Assembly (NCBI GenBank): GCA_951406725.2
Contig: OX597820.1
Location: forward strand, 113,026,001-113,090,000
DNA: 64,000 nt
Reading direction: 5' to 3'
DNA from: Octopus vulgaris
Taxonomy: Eukaryota
Shown here: positions 25,782-40,620 of the stretch, in pieces
How positions within the stretch are numbered: the first letter of the stretch is position 1
Layout of the letters: each line of letters starts with the position of its first letter
Notes under the pieces: generated by a model
Databases searched by the model: none
What the model was told of the DNA's origin: nothing
Seen by the model: only the letters and a program-made list of their open reading frames with translations
Program-made: the position numbers and the translations under genes

Positions 25782-26742
25782 CACAGACACACACACATAC
25801 ACACACACACACAAGGGGGTACCCAAAATAACCGTAATTTTGCAATGTTATTTTATTCACTTGCTTTTACATGTTTACACTTTTATTGCCTTCAAAGTAT
25901 TCTCCGTTTGAAGCAATGCACCGGTTTAGACGCATTTTCCACCGTTCGTATAAGTCCCAGAACTTCTACAAAGTGATGCCTTTTAACACCGTCGTTTTTT
26001 CTTCACGTCTTCTACATCTGGAAAATGTTTTTCTTTAAGGGCGTTTTTCATTCTGGAGAACAAAAAAATGTTGCAAGGAACAAGATCGGGTGAATATGGA
26101 AGGTGTGTAAACAGGGTCATGTCACTTTTGGTCAAATCGTCTTGACATTAAACTACACCTGATCCACTTTTGGGCGGCGTGGTGACATTGAATGCGTCTA
26201 TTGACGTGATTGCTGCTTCGTTTCCGGGTCGCAGTCGTAGCACCAGCTTTCGTCACCAGTGATGACTTTCGAAATAAGGTTCGGATCAACTTTCAACTGT
26301 TCTTTCGGTTTTCCCACACGCGTTCAGTCGTGACTGCTTTTGATCTTCCGTGAACAAGCGAAGCACAAACTTGGCTGCAATTCCACGCTCAAAATTCCTT
26401 GACAGGAGCTCCAGGATACACCAGTCATATTAACAAGTTCGTCAGTTGTTCGGTGACGGTTCTCCAAGATCACTTCATGAATTTTCGTGATGTCTTCATT
26501 CGTTCGGGAGGTCGACAATCGTCCTCAACGAGGTTAGTCTTCAAGCGACAAGTGTGAAAGCCACTCGTAAACTTTTGTTTTGCTCATGACAGCATTCGTG
26601 TAAGCTGTTTGAAGCATGAGAACTATTTCGGCAGACTGATGTCTAAGGGTCGCATCAAGTGGCTCCTAGCGACGGAAGCCTGGGCTACAACGGGCTTGTC
26701 CCACAGAGAACGTTTCCGGTTACTTTTAGGTACCCTCTCGTA

Positions 26743-26786
<44 letters not shown>

Positions 26787-27052
26787 CGTGCATGTGTGTG
26801 TGTGTGTTGCGTGTGTGTGTGTGTGAATCTGCGTTTGTATATGTGTCTATGTTTGCTCCCCACCACCTCTTAACAACCGGTGTTGGTGATTTTATGTCCC
26901 CGTAACCTAGCGGTTCCGAAAACCGATACAATGAGTACCAAGCTTAGATAATGTACCAGCGTCGATTCATTCGACTAAAAACTCTTCAGGGTGGTGCCCC
27001 AGCATGGCCACTGTCTAATGACTGAAACAAGTAAAAGATAACAAGTAAAAGA
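25587..27052 (+). mobile_element. SINE family A split by a mariner insertion
   Basis: Head at 25587-25750 and tail at 26845-27052 (ggtgccccagcatggcc...gactgaaacaagtaaaaga). Confidence 0.8.
25812..26740 (-). mobile_element. Internally deleted mariner with both TIRs
   Basis: TIRs agggggtacccaaaataaccg / cggttacttttaggtaccctctcg; HTH-region peptide STSRTNEDITKIHEVILENRHRTTDELVNMTGVSWSSCQGIL. Confidence 0.85.
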
Positions 27053-27425
27053 TGTATACAAAACCCAATGCTAAGGCCATATACGTTACCTTTAAGATAG
27101 CGTGATCGTACTAATGTATACATACATACTTATACTTATCTATGTAAATAAATGTATATGTTAGTGTGTATGCCTGTGTAAATGCATAGACACACACACA
27201 TTTAGGCATACACACGTAAAACATATAGTTAGATAGATATACACAAAACATGTGTCCATAATGCCATAGATGAATGCACACAAACATATGCAGACATTAG
27301 TTTAATAAAGAAAAACTATTTATAACAACTGCCTGTCTTTAATATTTCGCATCAAATCTCTAAAATGAAGTTTTTGAGGATGTGTGTGCATGCGTGCGTG
27401 CCTGTGTGCGCACGCGCGTGTGTGT

Positions 27426-27482
<57 letters not shown>

Positions 27483-28099
27483 TGTGTGTTCTGATACGTT
27501 CCAGTTTCCATCTTTTTAGCATATGATGAAGGGCTGTGAGAGGCGAGGACGAAAGAGAAGAATAATAAGATCTAATATCTTTATTTCTATTCCCTAATTG
27601 GAACCAGGTAAATAATGGGCTCTTGGATTCTTGTAATTAAACCCTTCGGCAAATTGAATTAAACATCTCAATACTTGAAACGTCACAAATGCAGCCAAAT
27701 TAATACTTCTTATAGTTTTAACCGTTGAGAAAAGATCTTTTGATCTTTTTGTAAGCAGGACCATTTAGGTTTGCTGTGCTTGGAAATTTTAGAGAATTTG
27801 AGCATTTATTTAAGTTAACTCTATGTAATTCAAAAGGGAAATACAGTTGTTTTCTTTTTGTTTGTTTTTCTCTGAAATTGTCGCAGTCTTGTTTGAAGCT
27901 AAAAAGCATCAGCGTTTTTTTCTGTTGTTGGTTAAATGTCTTGATGCAATTACTAAACTGAAAGATAGTTTTGTAGTAAGGTCGTTACGTGTTCCACACC
28001 AGATTAACAAATTATTTTTGATACAGACACAACTCTAACAGCAAAAGGTTATTATTGTAACGTAAAAGTAGTAATCACTTTGCTTCTGTTCATACAGAC

Positions 28100-29400
28100 T
28101 GAATAGAAGATAAATGCCCCGCTCTGGAGTTAACGTATTTTCCGGCATACAAGTCGGATTTTTCAGTCTTGGTGTACAAGTCAACTTATACACCAAGACA
28201 GCTTCGGAGGATTAAAATGCAAGAGGATTTAGAAAGATAATGGTGATGCTCAAATCTTACACTATGTGTTTACACTATATCGACGACTTATATGCAGGAA
28301 AATTCCACAAAACGCTCAAAATAGTCAAACCAGTTTTTTAAAAATGCATCATTAACACAAAAATTCAATCTTGTTAGAGATAAGAGAAATAACAGCTCCC
28401 CGATTAGACTGTTGGTTTCAAGTCTGCCGTTCAAGAATGCTAAACTATGCCTAGAAGAGAAAGTCCTCAACGCTTAGCTGGGATGGACAGGTCCTGTGAT
28501 CTGTATGAACGGGTTCGGAATGTTGTAACAACTATTATGCAGAGCTAGAACAGGGCAGTTGTGCTCAGGGTTGCCTAGAAAAGAAGTCCAAGGACAAATT
28601 CAAGTCTATCCAACTCAAAGTGAATCAAACTCTATGGATCGATGTGAGCAGCACCACCGATGCTTTTGAATCCAAGCAACTTTGAATCCAAGTGGGGCTT
28701 GTAACGCCTCCAGGTAACCTGTGAGTGACATGGAAAGATGTCTACAACGAATGATGTCCTGTGTCGTTAAACTATCAATCCACACATTTAGTAATAAAAC
28801 TCTGAGAATGAAACAGCCACATGGGAAAGTGTCTCATTTTCGGACTGTAACAAATGATCCTACTGCAGGCCTATATAATGGGTGCCACCTATATGTCAAG
28901 CAACTACAGGCTCCCACTTTCCACCCCGTCGGTAACTCAATCTCACGCTCCATCATACTCCGAGTGAGAGGTTTACCCATTGTCATGTCGGATGTTAACT
29001 TTCGAAAGAGATGTACTTCGGGTAGCAACTTTAAATATAACCCGATGAAGTCAGAACTATTCTACTCTTTTCTTGCTCTTCATTGATGGAAAGTACATAC
29101 AAAACGTTGTCTTGGCAAACCACGTCGCATACCAACTATTAAGATAGCTTTAACTCCGAATATGTTCCGCATCAGGGTGGAGAGAACACATAGAACGGCC
29201 TTTCGAGTGTTGGTTGCACGATATGAAATGCATCCAGTGGTTGGTGATAAAAACAAAAGAATTAACTACTATAAAAATAACCTTCTCACCAATTAAGAAG
29301 CTTCATTTCTTGGTTGGTTTGACTTGGACGTCTGGTAAACACAAAACCCCTTTCCTCTATCGACGTGTAGGATACTATACTGTGCCTTTTATGTAACCGT
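28100..29400 (+). pseudogene. Possible highly decayed L1/Tx1-type LINE 3' region
   Basis: Non-repetitive, higher-GC block with a C..G.E..E.AF..C-like cysteine-rich trace near 29160-29215. No intact motif. Confidence 0.3.
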
Positions 29401-29826
29401 GTTTATTTATTTATTTTATTTTTTGCATTGGGTCCACAATATAGTGCCCTTGTCTAGTTCCTTTCTACATACAGAGCATGGTCACTTCCTAGTGTCCTGT
29501 TTTTTCTCTCCTGTTGACAGGAAATTTTGTCTCCTCTAAATTTATCCTGAGGTCTCCGAATTCCTATCCATGCTTCAACATTTCAGATTTATCTTGTAAT
29601 TCTTTGATTTACCTTTGGCAACGACGTGATCAGAATACGGAAGTTCTATGAGCAACCAGTTTTAAACTTTTCTGTTATGGCTTGAAGAACAGTGATAAAC
29701 AAACAAGAAAGGGTTGGTTCTTTATATATGACTTGCAGGACTCTCAAAATCATTTCCTAACATCGGTTTTCCTAGGAACTACCTGACAGCCAAGTAAACA
29801 AAGAATTTTGACAGTGTATGTGTGTA

Positions 29827-29897
<71 letters not shown>

Positions 29898-29971
29898 ACG
29901 TGCATGCACCTCCTCTGTGTGCATGTATATAAATTTGAAGTGCCTATGAAAGGAACCTACAAAGCCCCACA

Positions 29972-30004
<33 letters not shown>

Positions 30005-30486
30005 AAACAAATACATCCAAAACAAACACTGCATCGACATCACCACCTCTAATACATGAAACGCAAATCATCTCACACACGCAACCACAACAACAACAAT
30101 CACAACCACAAACACCACCACCACAACAACAACAACAACAGCAACAATAACAAACACAAATTAAAGGGACTAACATTACAAACTACATGGCAATGAGCAC
30201 AAAAAATAAGGAATTCATGAAATACGTAATAACACACACACAAACATTACACCAGATATTTTCTCACACTCACAATCTTCCTACCTCCACACACACAAAT
30301 CATTCAAAGAACACAAAAAGCCCGGTTCCCACAGGAAATCGGAGATTTTCGAGGGAATATCACCAAGAGAACTCTTGGTGATTTACAGTTGGAAACAATC
30401 CAAGCCAACAGGAGGGACGGGCAATCCGCCCCTCCAAACAAAAGCAAATAAGTTTTCCATTTCTTTTCTTTACTATTTCTGACAAC

Positions 30487-31360
30487 ATGGCCATGTACAG
30501 AATAGGCAGCGTGAATGCACGTGGCCAGGGGTTGCCTTGGAGCGGGGTCACCTACTCAACGACCTCAGAGCACTGAATGTCGACGTGATGGCCATTAGTG
30601 AAACCATAATTTCCGACTCACGGGACTTCCAACCCATTTTCGGTAACTATGAGGTGTACGCATCTCTAAGTCGTCTGGGAGAGGGGGCGGAGTTGCCGTG
30701 ATGGTTCGGAAAAATCTGGGTTTTGCAGAACAGACGATCTTCCTGAATCCGGAAGGTAAGTCGGTTGTCCTGGATGTGACAGAGAGCGAAGGACATACTT
30801 TCGAGCTAGTTGCCGTCTATGCCCCGATAGGGGCAGGACGACCAAATTTCTTCAGACGTCTGGAAACTTTCCTGGGAACATCCCGCTCTTTAGTGTTAGT
30901 GGGAGATTGGAATGAAGTTTTAGATGTAAGGTGGGACTGTGTAGGTTTAGCAGATAGGAGAGGAAGGTGTGAAAGCCTCGCAAAATGGCACAGACGATTC
31001 TAACTGTCTGACAGTTATCGACTGGATTTCCCGGATGTGCTAGTGAAGACCTGATCAAACTGCATCGGGTCATCCAGATCGTATCTAGATAGGATATTAT
31101 GTAAAGTAGCAGATAAGGATAGCACAGGTGGTCCACAGTTTAAAGAAGTCGACTAAGCAGACCAGAAATTCGTGGTCTCTACAATCGACTTAGACAGACT
31201 TCAGACCCAGTTATTGGATGCTAAATATATCGTTGCCGGCGCGTAAAGATTTCAGTGACCGAATTAGTGAACTAATTGACGGGGACAATAAACAACAATA
31301 AATGGTGGTTCGCCCTGAAAAGGACGATTAGAATAGAATCGGTAAGGTTTAGCAAAGGAT
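30487..31360 (+). pseudogene. L1/Tx1-type LINE apurinic endonuclease remnant
   Basis: Frameshifted MAMYRIGSVNARG, VMAISET, GVAVMVRK, VAVYAP, LVGDWNEVLD and SRSYLDRIL are APE motifs. Confidence 0.85.
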
Positions 31361-31436
31361 TATTACTATTATTATTATTCATCCCCTCAAGGCCAATAAG
31401 ATAAGGGGCCGGTTTGTTGCTTTGCATCTTTATTTA

Positions 31437-32325
31437 AAGGCGGCGAGCTGGCTAAATCGTTAGCACACCGGGTGAAATGCTTAGCGGTATTTTGCCTATC
31501 GCTACGTTCTCAGTTCAAATTCCGCCGAGGTCGACTTTGCCTTTCATCCTCTCGGGTTCGGTAAAATTAGTACCAGTAATCGACTTAATCCCTTCCCATA
31601 AATTTAAGGTCTTGTGCTTCCAATAAAAAGGATCATTATTATTATCAATTATTATTGTTGTTGTTGCTGTTGTTAGTCATTTAGACCGCCTTTACATTCT
31701 AAGTTCAAATTCCACCGAGGTCGACTTTGCCTTACATCCCTTCGGGGTCAATAAAATAAGTACCAGTTGAACACTGTGGTCGGTGTAATCGACACATTCC
31801 CTCTCCCAAAATGGTTGTCCTTGTGGCAAAATTTCAAATCATTGAGCTGGTAGAATCGTTAGCACGCCGGGCGAAATGCTTAGTGGTATTTCATCTGCCG
31901 CTATGTTCTGAGTTCAAATTCTGCCGAGGTCGACTTTGCCTTTCATCCTTTCGGGGTCGATTAAATTAAGTACCAGTTACACACTGGGGTCGATGTACTC
32001 GACTTAATACCTATGTCTGTCCTTGTCTGTCCCCTCTGTGTTTAGCCCCTTGTGGGTAATAAAGAAATAGGTATTTCATCTGTGTTTACGTTCTGAGTTC
32101 AAATTCCGCTGAGGACGACTTTGCCTAGAGTAGAAAAGATTATTATTATCATTATTATTAGTCATTTCGTTGGTCTTTACGTTCTGAGTTCAAATTCTGC
32201 CGACGTTAACTTTGCCTTTCATCCTTTCGGAGTCGATAAAATAAGTATCAGTTACGAACAGGGGTCGATCTAATCGACTCATCTCCTCCCTTGAAATTGC
32301 TGGTCTTCTGCCAAACTTTGAAACC
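31437..32325 (+). mobile_element. Head-to-tail cluster of about five SINE family B copies and fragments
   Basis: Repeated gttcaaattccgccgaggtcgactttgcctttcatcc cores near 31515, 31705, 31915, 32097 and 32188. Confidence 0.85.
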
Positions 32326-32751
32326 GTTATCATTAGTAGTAGTCGCTATGTCAGAGGAAAAACACGTATGACATTTCTTTTGAGACCTTCGCATCCAAAA
32401 GTAATTCAAGGACTTCACATCATGACGCCAGAGGGCGAAGCTGAGGATTTTGTTTGCCGTGAACTTCGGTTTTTACAAGTGATTGACAAATTTTGGCTGT
32501 GACTCCTATTTGTGGGGAAATATTCAGAGATGCTATTTTATTAATCAATTTTGTAATGATTTCCCCAATTAGCATATTGCAGCATGGCTTGTTACATTGA
32601 TAAAGTAGCTGAGCAGTGCTGGACACCTAAACAATATATATACTTATGTGTGTGTGTATGTATAACTGTGCGTGCGTGTAAGTGAGTATATACATACATA
32701 CATACATACATACATACATACATACATACAGACACACGCACACACATATAC

Positions 32752-32851
<100 letters not shown>

Positions 32852-32945
32852 TATATAGCATACATAAATGGATAATACTTCTGCAACATAATATATAGCA
32901 GTCATCAAACGTGTGTGTGCGTGAATATGAGCATGTATATATATG

Positions 32946-32997
<52 letters not shown>

Positions 32998-33229
32998 CAC
33001 ATAAATATATGTATGTATGTATGTATGTATGTTTGTATGTATATATATATATATGATGAAGGGAAGGGGGGAAGTACAGAAAACTAGAGACGGTAGGTTG
33101 AAAGAGAAGTTAGTCTTTCACCATCAGTGATTTGATTTCTCACTACAAACTTCATCTTCACTGATTTCTCACCCACACCCACACACACCCACACACAATA
33201 AAAGCATGAGTAAATATAAGAACACCAGC

Positions 33230-33900
33230 ACAACTAACACCACCACTTAGTCTGTCTGAAATGAGTACCGTTAACAGCACCTCCACCACTACAACAACCA
33301 CCACCAGCATCATCACCACCATTATTAACATCATCACTACCATCATCACACTGCCACCACAATCACCACCACTGACACTGCCACCACCACATCCATCCCC
33401 ATCATCCCCATCACATCCACCCCCACCACATCCACCCCACTTCCACCCCTCTGCCATCACCATACGCACACACATACACACATATGCATACACAATAAAT
33501 ACAATTAAAAAAACCCCAGGACCATTGCTCTTACTTTCAACACCAAGACCTACACTATTTGGAAAAGCTACCATTAACACCAGCATCACCACCAACACTA
33601 CCAATACCACCATCACCACCAACACCGCCAACGCTGCCAACATCGCCAATACTACCATGACCACCACCTCCATCACCACCTGCCAATAATCATTAAAGCA
33701 CACTCACAGACAATAAAATTAATTACCACTATCTACACAGAGCTCGGCTCTTTCCCTCACCATCAACACCACCACCACCACCACCACCACCACTACAACT
33801 GCTACTGCCGCCGCCACTATCGTCAATGGCATCAGCTTCCCAAGCGATAGTATCACCGTTACACACCACCATTATGACCACCACTACCACTTATATCACC
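33230..33900. repeat. Low-complexity (CAC/ACC/CAT)n region
   Basis: Degenerate trinucleotide repeats; the T/P-rich ORFs are artefacts. Confidence 0.8.
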
Positions 33901-34369
33901 AAAACCACTATTAATTACTCAATACAATTTTAAAGCAATTATCTTCAAACTGGAGTTACTGTAAACATATCAGTGTTTTGTACATTGTAATTGGAGCTGC
34001 CAACATCACCGTCATCATCATCATCGTCATCATCATCATCATCATCCTCACTACAGCTGCATAAGTGTTGTGTTTGCGTTGTGTTGTGTGTTTTAGCCCA
34101 GACTCTACTCTGTGTCCTCTCATCTGCATAGCCAAAGGTCTGTCCAAATGCTGCATCTGTACGAGTTGCCAATCGGAGATTCTTGTTTCGGATACTCAAT
34201 TGTCTGAGATGATTGAGGATGAGAAACTCTGAGTAGCGATTTAGTGACCCGTATAAACTCATCTCAGAATAAAATATTATTCCACGGCACCCAAAAGCAC
34301 TGAGTACTTTCTTGCACTTTATTATCTCTCCCACAACTCAGTGTGATACTCTCATCCATTATATAACAA

Positions 34370-34668
34370 CGAGCAGTATCGCCCGGCGTTGCTCGGGTTT
34401 GTAAGGGAAATAACTATATAAGCATTTTTAGAGAGTTACTTCCCTTATATAATAGCAAAAAAATTGCATTAAAAATGGGAAAAAATTATGGTAATTTTTT
34501 TTTAAATCGTAGACTCATTGTAGACGCGCGCTAATACCCAGAAGGGCTCGATATGAATCACGACTATAAGATACCTGGTTTTGGTTACACTGCACTGCAA
34601 AATGTGGGAATAGTTAGGAATCTAAATCGTAGGAGACAGACACACAACTTCACTTTTATATATAAAGA
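34370..34668 (-). mobile_element. Non-autonomous mini-Helitron (299 bp)
   Basis: Minus strand A|TCTTTATATATAAAAG ... hairpin cccgagcaacgccggg ... CTCG|T (CTAG variant). The hairpin is almost identical to that of the 52-kb Helitron. Confidence 0.85.
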
Positions 34669-34764
34669 TTTTCACAGGAGTGGCTGTGTGGTATGATCAA
34701 GAATCTTGATCACAACTGCCTGACAAACAGGAACATTAAACTCTGAGTAGCAGTTTTTGTGATG

Positions 34765-34811
<47 letters not shown>

Positions 34812-35624
34812 GTACACACACGCACACACAGCAAAATTTGGTGAGTGTCTGATGAAGTGCCACTTCTTAATATTCAACCCTGGGTAAATTTACACATCCT
34901 TTGTAATTTCATCACACATGATCATCAATATGCAATGTGGTTCAAAGCAGAATGCTACCGGAACAACTGTAATCAGTATTAAACACATGCAATATTGATA
35001 TCTTCCTCTTCTTCCTTTATATATATAAAACTTCTGTAAATGCAGAAAAATTATCAAAATTACATGGGATGTCAGACTGTCTTTGACTCATAAACTTTGG
35101 TAAGTTTTCTTGCAAGTTAAATAATTAAATTATTTTTTAAAGGAAATACAAAAAGATTGTCGAGTTGATGTTTACATTTTTAGTAAAAGGTATCTACTCA
35201 CACGCATACAGATGCATCATTGTCATCATCATCATCATGATCATCGTCGTCGTCGTCATCGTCATCATCATCATCATCATTATCATCATCATCGTCATCG
35301 TCATCATCATCGTCATCGTCATCATCATTGTCATTGTCATCATCATCATCATCACTATCATCTTTGTGAACTATAATCCAAATATATTTTGTCTTATCAT
35401 TAATTATGTAATTATATATGAAGTAGTTACTCTACAAATAAGGCCTTTAAATGATTTTTGGTGAATTATTTATTCTGCAGCTAAAAAAAAATTATTCTGA
35501 TGAATTTAGTGATTATATATTGGTTGGTGATGAAATTCCTGAACAATGAAATTACTGGTATTGTGCTTACGAAGATTTAATTATGCATAATAAATTCAAG
35601 TCAACATTCAGTGACCATATATTC

Positions 35625-35926
35625 TTTTCTACTCAAGGTACAAAGCCTGTAATCTTTGGGGAGGGAGCCAGTCGATTAGATCGACCCCAGAAGACCAGCA
35701 ATTTCAAGGGAGGAGATGAGTCGATTAGATCGACCCCTGTACGTAACTGATACTTATTTTATCGACTCCGAAAGGATGAAAGGCAAAGTCAACGTCGGCA
35801 GAATTTGAACTCAGAACGTAAAGACCAACGAAATGACTAATAATAATGATAATAATAATCTTTTCTACTCTAGGCAAAGTCAACCTCAGCGGAATTTCAA
35901 CTCAAAACGTAAAGACAGACGAAATA
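35625..35926 (-). mobile_element. SINE family B composite, containing an inverted copy of 32071-32310
   Basis: 35688-35926 is the near-exact reverse complement of 32071-32310. Confidence 0.8.
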
Positions 35927-36321
35927 TCGGTGACCATACATTGCTTGAGTTATGCGTGTTCATGCTGGAGCTAATACAGATAAAGATAGAAAGGGATCTT
36001 ATTACATGGTCCAGACTCATCTGTGTGTTTACACTATTCTGTTCCAGTGCATGCACATACAACTCCCATGATGGAAACGAATCCCCAAAACACTTAATTT
36101 GTGATTCTGCATTCTATTATAATGGATGTTATTGTTATTATCAAAGTAGGTAGATTAGCAGGCTTGTAAAAGTATTTAATTACATTACTTTATGTTCTTG
36201 ATGTTACGGGTTCAGTCTCACTGCATGACACCTTGGGCAAGAGTCTTCTACTATAGCTCCAGGCTGATCAAGGCCTTGTGAGTTGATTTGATAGATGGAA
36301 ACTGAAAGAAGCTTGTCATAC

Positions 36322-36431
<110 letters not shown>

Positions 36432-36434
36432 GCC

Positions 36435-36487
<53 letters not shown>

Positions 36488-36588
36488 GTCTGTCTGCCTA
36501 TCTACTGATATATCTATCTGTCTATCTATCTATACATGCATACATATACATATATATGTGTGTATGTGTGTGTGTGTGTGTGTGTATA

Positions 36589-36770
36589 GGGGGAATTCAC
36601 AAAAAACAAAAGACAAAGACAGGTGGTGTAGACAACAAATAGATGTATTAGTATAACACTCGGGAAGTAAAAAAGTATTTAACATTTTGAGCTTACGCTC
36701 TTCCACGGAAAGGAACACAGAAAGAAACAAGGAGATAAAATAAAGAATGTGTAGTGGCTAGCAATCTACA
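36589..36770 (-). mobile_element. Solo PLE pseudo-LTR (same family as 9650-9868)
   Basis: rc ccgtggaagagcgtaagctcaaaatgtt matches the 9738 motif; the atactaataca...cacctgtctttgtctttt tail is shared. Confidence 0.7.
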
Positions 36771-36776
36771 CGCACG

Positions 36777-36809
<33 letters not shown>

Positions 36810-37138
36810 GTGTGTGTGTGTGTGTGTAATGTATGTGTGTATGTATACATGTATATATTTGTGTATATGGGTGTGTGTAGGGGGGGCACTGTCCCCTTGG
36901 TGTCACATGACAGTTGTAAATGAGCATTACCATCATATAAGCAATGTTCTTAGTTTTCAATATTCTGCAAAAAAAACATGTCTAACCTAGAGAAAATATT
37001 ACTTTGCTTGGAAATCGGTAAGGGTTAGCAACAGGATATTCATCTATGCAGTCATAGAAAATCTGCTGCAATGAATTCCAGCCAACATATGGAAAAATGG
37101 ATAATTATGTCATTACTATTATTATTATTATCATTATT

Positions 37139-37634
37139 GAGTGAGAGAGCAGTTCATGCCATCAAAGTGACACTGGGGTAAAATATACGAAGCCCAATAT
37201 ACCCATCATGACTACCCGTCTGATAAAGGTACACTAGGCACATGCATCACAACCATATGTGCGTGACATGGTGATCTCATATCAAGATAAACAGCACATG
37301 ACCTTGCAGGTGGGGCCCAGTTAGAATTTTCTTCAGGTTGAGTAGCCCATCCCGCTCAAACGGTCCCTGAATAAGGGTTGTTTAAGGATGTTGAAAGAAC
37401 CACCCATGTTTCCAGAGGTGAACTATTCAAACCCCAAAGAATCCCTCTCAACACATGGCTATGATGCTCCCCCACTACTTCTGCTCGTGATCAGAGATGC
37501 ACATATCGTCAGCCACTAAGGGACATGCTCAACTGGTTAAGGTCAAACAACTGACAAGCAAATCTGTGGTATTGAGCAGAATATTTGCTGTAGCCCATCT
37601 TTTATACCAAGACAAAACAATGTACATGATAACA

Positions 37635-37635
<1 letters not shown>
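37139..37635 (-). mobile_element. Family T retroposon in (ATT)n
   Basis: Near-identical to 19771-20266; flanked by (att)n. Confidence 0.85.
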
Positions 37636-37685
<50 letters not shown>

Positions 37686-37691
37686 ACTATA

Positions 37692-37722
<31 letters not shown>

Positions 37723-37825
37723 ATTATTATTATTATTATTATTATTATTATCATTATTATTATTATTATTATTAATATTATTATTATTATTATTATTACT
37801 ACTACTATAATTATTATTATTGTTA

Positions 37826-37890
<65 letters not shown>
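37636..37890. repeat. (ATT)n microsatellite
   Basis: Seen directly. Confidence 0.95.
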
Positions 37891-37892
<2 letters not shown>

Positions 37893-38429
37893 CTTAATTA
37901 ATTTAATGCTCACAGAAAATAATGTCTTGTGCTAGGACATATTTGAAAATTTTCCTTTTCATGTTATGAGTACAGAGAAGAAGAGAGAGAAAGAAGAAAC
38001 ATTTGATAATACCAACTGAAAAAAAAACCCCTCTGGAAATAGAATCAAAAACATGGATAACTACTGTAAGTTGAGACCATTTCCAATTGAACTGAATATA
38101 ATATTAATTTAATCAGTTCAATTGATTTCAAGTGAATTCTCATGAAAAAACATGATCTTTGTTGTTGCTTTTCAGAAAGGACAGGGTTTCTTTCATGATT
38201 GGAAACCTTAATAATGATGTTAATTGAAACAGAATGTAAAAATGAAAATCTAAAGGGTATCCCAGTGCTTCTGAGGGAATTTTATAGTCTGGTTGTTATT
38301 GGTAAGTGTTTCCGGATCAACACTTACCAAGTCTCTTCTTTCCGGATAAACACTTACCAAGTCTCTTCTTAAGGTTGGTTAGGACAGCAGTATATAATAA
38401 TGGATAATTTAGCAATCATCATTTAATGC

Positions 38430-38854
38430 TTACTCTTTACTCTCTTTTACTCTTTTACTTGTTTCAGGCATTTGACTGTGGCCATGCTGGAGCACTGCCT
38501 TTATAGTCGAGCAAATCGACCCCAGAGGTTATTCTTTGTAAGCCTAGTACTTATTCTATCACTCTCTTTTGCCGAACCACTAAGTTACAGGGACGTAAAC
38601 ACACCAGCATCGGTTGTCAAGCGATGTTGGGGGACAAACACAAACACATATATACATATACATATATATACATATACATATATATACATATACGACGGGC
38701 TTCTTCCAGTTTCCGTCTACCAAATCCACTCACAAGGCTTTGGTCGGCCCGAGGCTATAGAAGAAGACACTTGCCCAAGGTGCCATGCAGTGGGACTGTA
38801 CCCGGGATCATGTGGTTGGTAAGCAAGCTACTTACCATACAGCCACTCCTGCGC
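38430..38854 (-). mobile_element. Full-length SINE family A
   Basis: Reverse complement of the 61528-61930 family sequence from head to tail. Confidence 0.9.
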
Positions 38855-39658
38855 TTATATAATGTTCTTATATAAGATGGTAGTGTGATTTGAGAGAGGA
38901 TTAGCTGCTATTTCTAGGAGGTTGTCTGATCATGCAGAAGTTCTTTCACTGGCTTACTGTTAGTGGTCCCAAATCTAACCCCAAATTGCACCTGATCAAA
39001 TTGAAGATATTGATCAAAGATATTCCAACCAAAGCTGTCCCAGATTTTTTATATCTATGACTACACTGTGCATTGAGGCACTGCTATGACTATATAGAGG
39101 TCACATTGTATGCCACAGAAGCGTTGTTGTGCCATAGAGTCGTGCGGCATAGCTCTTTAAACATTGTAGAGCACATCCTTCTTCGGGTCTGCAAGCAACT
39201 GACTTCTTTCAAAAAGAAACAGAGGAATAATGAACCCAATCCTGAACTCTTATTTTGTATATCAAACCCAAAATGATGAAAAGCAAAACTAAACCTCAAT
39301 GAGATTTGAACTAAAAATGCAGAGAACTGAAACAAATACCACAAATCATTCTGTTTGATTCTCTACTGATTCTGTCAATTCAATTTATCCAATGTAACCA
39401 TCTATATTAAGCAATATGCCCTTTCTTTAAGATAGTAGGGTGTGATTTAAGGGAAATTTGTCTGTTATTTCTAGCATGTCAAACAATCACATAGAGACCC
39501 CTAACGATTAACTTTAGTTTCATGGCATTAAGTTGAAGAGAGATTCATGCTCCTCCTGGGTAGGAAGCTTGGTTATCTTACATATGATTCCTATTCCTAT
39601 CAGTGGCTTATGTTGGTTCTTATTGCAGGAGAACGACTGTGCTACCATGTTGAATCTA

Positions 39659-40620
39659 TCAGGTCACCCCATAAGTTCTGTCTGATTTTACCTTTTTTAA
39701 AATTGAATGAAATTTAATAGTATTTTAGAATGCTTAATGGAATTAAAAATTATTTTTATGCATTTGTGCACTTTTAAACTAATTAGATATTATTTTACAG
39801 AATAATAGAATTAAAATTTCTTTGACTAAAACACTTTCTAACATGGAAGTATCCAAAGAGCATTTGAGGCACATAATGCTTTATGAGTACAAAAAAGGAA
39901 ACTCTGCAACCGAATCAACTCGAAACATGCACTCAGTTTATGAGAAAGAATGCTTGAATGAAAGAACTTACAGAAGATGATTTGCAAAATTCAGAAATGG
40001 AGATTTCAGCCTTGAAGAGGAAGATCAAACATTACGTCCAGTTGAGTTTGATGATAAGCTCCTTGAGGCATTACTTGAAGAAAATCCTGCATTATCAGTT
40101 GAATAATTGGCAATAAAGTTTAGTTCAAACCATACAACTGTTCATCGTCATCTTCAACGACTGGGAAAGCTTCCTAAACTTGGAAAATGGGTGCCTCATG
40201 AATTGTTCGAAAGCAACTGCAAATCCTGAGTTGACATCTGCTTTTATCTCTATTCTCGTGAACTCAGTTCAACCTTTTTGGATAGACTTGTGACTGGTGA
40301 CGAAAAATGGATCTTCTATTGAAATGTTCAATGCCATAAATAGTGGCTTGGTAAAAGGAAAAAAGCTCAACCACAACCAAGAAGGGATCTTCATGGGAAA
40401 AAGGTTCTGCTCTCTATCTGGTAGGATTGCAAAGGAGTAATTCACTTTGAATTGTTACCACCTAATGCAACAACCAATGCTCAAGTCTACTGTCAGCAAT
40501 TAGAGCGTTTGAACCAAGCTTTGAAGAAAAAAAGACCAGCTTTAATGAGTCGGAAAGGAGTGATGTTTCATGAGGACAATGTGCGACCCCACACTGCAAA
40601 GATCACATCACAGAAGATCT
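39659..40620 (+). mobile_element. Degenerate mariner transposon, 3'-truncated
   Basis: TA|TCAGGTC terminus; MEVSKEHLRHIMLYEYKKG, WVPHEL, VTGDEKWIF, HEDNVRPHTA. Confidence 0.9.

Noticed and set aside
33158-33703. Mucin-like T/P-rich and V/M-rich ORFs
   Set aside because: Low-complexity trinucleotide DNA that is open on both strands, with no domain evidence.
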